A DNA stretch of 64,000 bases. It comes from Spirochaetales bacterium. Its GTDB lineage: Bacteria > Spirochaetota > Spirochaetia > Treponematales > Treponemataceae. A model generated the notes under the pieces. It searched no databases. It had not been told where the DNA came from and was given only the letters and a program-made list of their open reading frames with translations. A program made the translations under genes and the position numbers. Position 1 is the first letter of the stretch. Every line of letters starts with the position of its first letter. Positions 62,946 through 64,000 of the stretch are shown here, piece by piece. The stretch is taken from assembly GCA_003246335.1 (NCBI GenBank), contig QKAR01000114.1, positions 920 to 64,919 on the forward strand. Direction: 5' to 3'.

Positions 62946-63905
62946 ATGCATCCCATACTTTCTCAACTCGGTTCAATTGGCCTCGTGCCGGTCGTAAAAA
63001 TCGACGACGCCCAGAAAGCCGTCCCCCTCGCGAAAGCGTTAATCGACGGGGGACTTCCCTGCGCGGAAGTGACGTTCCGAACCGCGGCCGCGGAAACCGC
63101 CATCGCCGCTATTGCCCGCGCGTATCCCGAAATGCTCGTCGGCGCGGGAACCGTCATCAACGTCGAGCTCGCGAAAAAAGCCGTCGCCGCCGGCGCGAAG
63201 TTCATCGTTTCGCCCGGATTTAACCCGGCCGTCGTCGATTGGTGCCTCGAAAACAACGTGCCCATCGTGCCCGGGGTGAATAATCCCAGCGGCGTGGAAG
63301 CGGGACTGGAGCGCGGCCTCGAGGTGCTCAAATTCTTCCCCGCGGAGGCGTCGGGCGGCGTCGCTATGCTGGACGCCCTCGCCGGACCCTTCTCGCAGGT
63401 AAGTTTTATGCCGACCGGCGGCATCGACCTAAAAAACCTCCCCGACTACGCGAAACGGCGCAACGTGCTCGCGATCGGCGGGACATGGATGGTAAAGGCC
63501 GACCTTATCGACCGAGAGGACTGGGCCGCCATCGCGCAGCTGTGCGCCGAGGCGCGGGCGGCAATCCACGGCTTCACGTTCGCCCACGTAGGGATCAACG
63601 CGAAAGACGCGGACGACGCGACATCCGTCGCGGGACGATTCGCTCTTTTCGGTTTCGCGCCAAAAGCGGGAAACAAGTCCATTTTCAACGATACCGTGAT
63701 CGAGGTAATGAAAGGACCCTTCCGCGGCGACCGCGGGCACATCGGCCTCAAATGCTGGAATATCGAGCGGGCGCTCGCCTATCTCGAGCCGTACGGATTT
63801 CGGGGAGTCGAGGAAACCGCCCAATACGACAAAGGGAAACTCTCGGTCATCTACCTCGAACCGGAAGTTTCCGGATTCGCCGTTCACCTCGTCCGGGCAA
63901 AATAG
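62946..63905 (+). CDS. eda: KDPG/KHG aldolase with an extra ~110-aa C-terminal domain
   Basis: EVTFRT, VGAGTV, FIVSPG, LKFFPA (Schiff-base Lys), FMPTGGI, then HVGINA...EVMK...GHIG..C.NIERA. Confidence 0.93.
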   Translation: MHPILSQLGSIGLVPVVKIDDAQKAVPLAKALIDGGLPCAEVTFRTAAAETAIAAIARAYPEMLVGAGTVINVELAKKAVAAGAKFIVSPGFNPAVVDWCLENNVPIVPGVNNPSGVEAGLERGLEVLKFFPAEASGGVAMLDALAGPFSQVSFMPTGGIDLKNLPDYAKRRNVLAIGGTWMVKADLIDREDWAAIAQLCAEARAAIHGFTFAHVGINAKDADDATSVAGRFALFGFAPKAGNKSIFNDTVIEVMKGPFRGDRGHIGLKCWNIERALAYLEPYGFRGVEETAQYDKGKLSVIYLEPEVSGFAVHLVRAK

Positions 63906-63957
63906 AAAAGAAAACTCTCTAGCTCTTTCCATTACTTTTCAGTTATACTGAAGAGTA

Positions 63958-64000
63958 ATGGACATCGATCAGTTTTTGAACGAGACACACACTATTGACG
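63958..64000 (+). CDS. Start of a CDS truncated by the window edge
   Basis: MDIDQFLNETHTID..., ATG 8 nt after TATACT. Too short to classify. Confidence 0.45.
   Translation, partial: MDIDQFLNETHTID

Overview
GC-rich chromosomal segment of a spirochete, most likely a free-living or anaerobic Treponemataceae member. The assignment rests on spirochete-style signal peptides, a Tpn50-like OmpA protein, CheX, and a treponemal-looking gene order around rpsP-khpA-rimM-trmD-rplS. Content is mostly core and metabolic: birA, serS, asnS, the ribosomal rpsP-rplS operon, two polar amino-acid ABC transporters, topoisomerase IV-type parE/parC, an EF-G paralog, citrate synthase, a cell-wall cluster, lemA-TPM-TPM and a hexuronate locus (uxaC, IclR regulator, kdgK, eda). 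Cyclic-nucleotide genes are abundant: GGDEF-EAL, two HD-GYP, a CHASE2 adenylate cyclase and CpdB. I found no rRNA, tRNA, CRISPR array, transposase or phage gene. The best candidate for an undescribed system is at 25.2-31.7 kb. There a CHASE2 adenylate cyclase is divergent from a coupled four-gene envelope operon (OmpA-domain protein, SLH-like protein, predicted beta-barrel, secreted FecR-domain protein), which looks like a trans-envelope cAMP signalling module. Other notable items are an IscU-like + GGGtGRT pair of unknown function, a soluble double-hairpin chemoreceptor-like protein, an unlisted 53-aa ORF, about a dozen apparently leaderless genes, KdgR-type operators, and ARG-box-like sites shared by an ABC operon and citrate synthase. 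All family assignments come from motif recognition by eye; no database searches were run.
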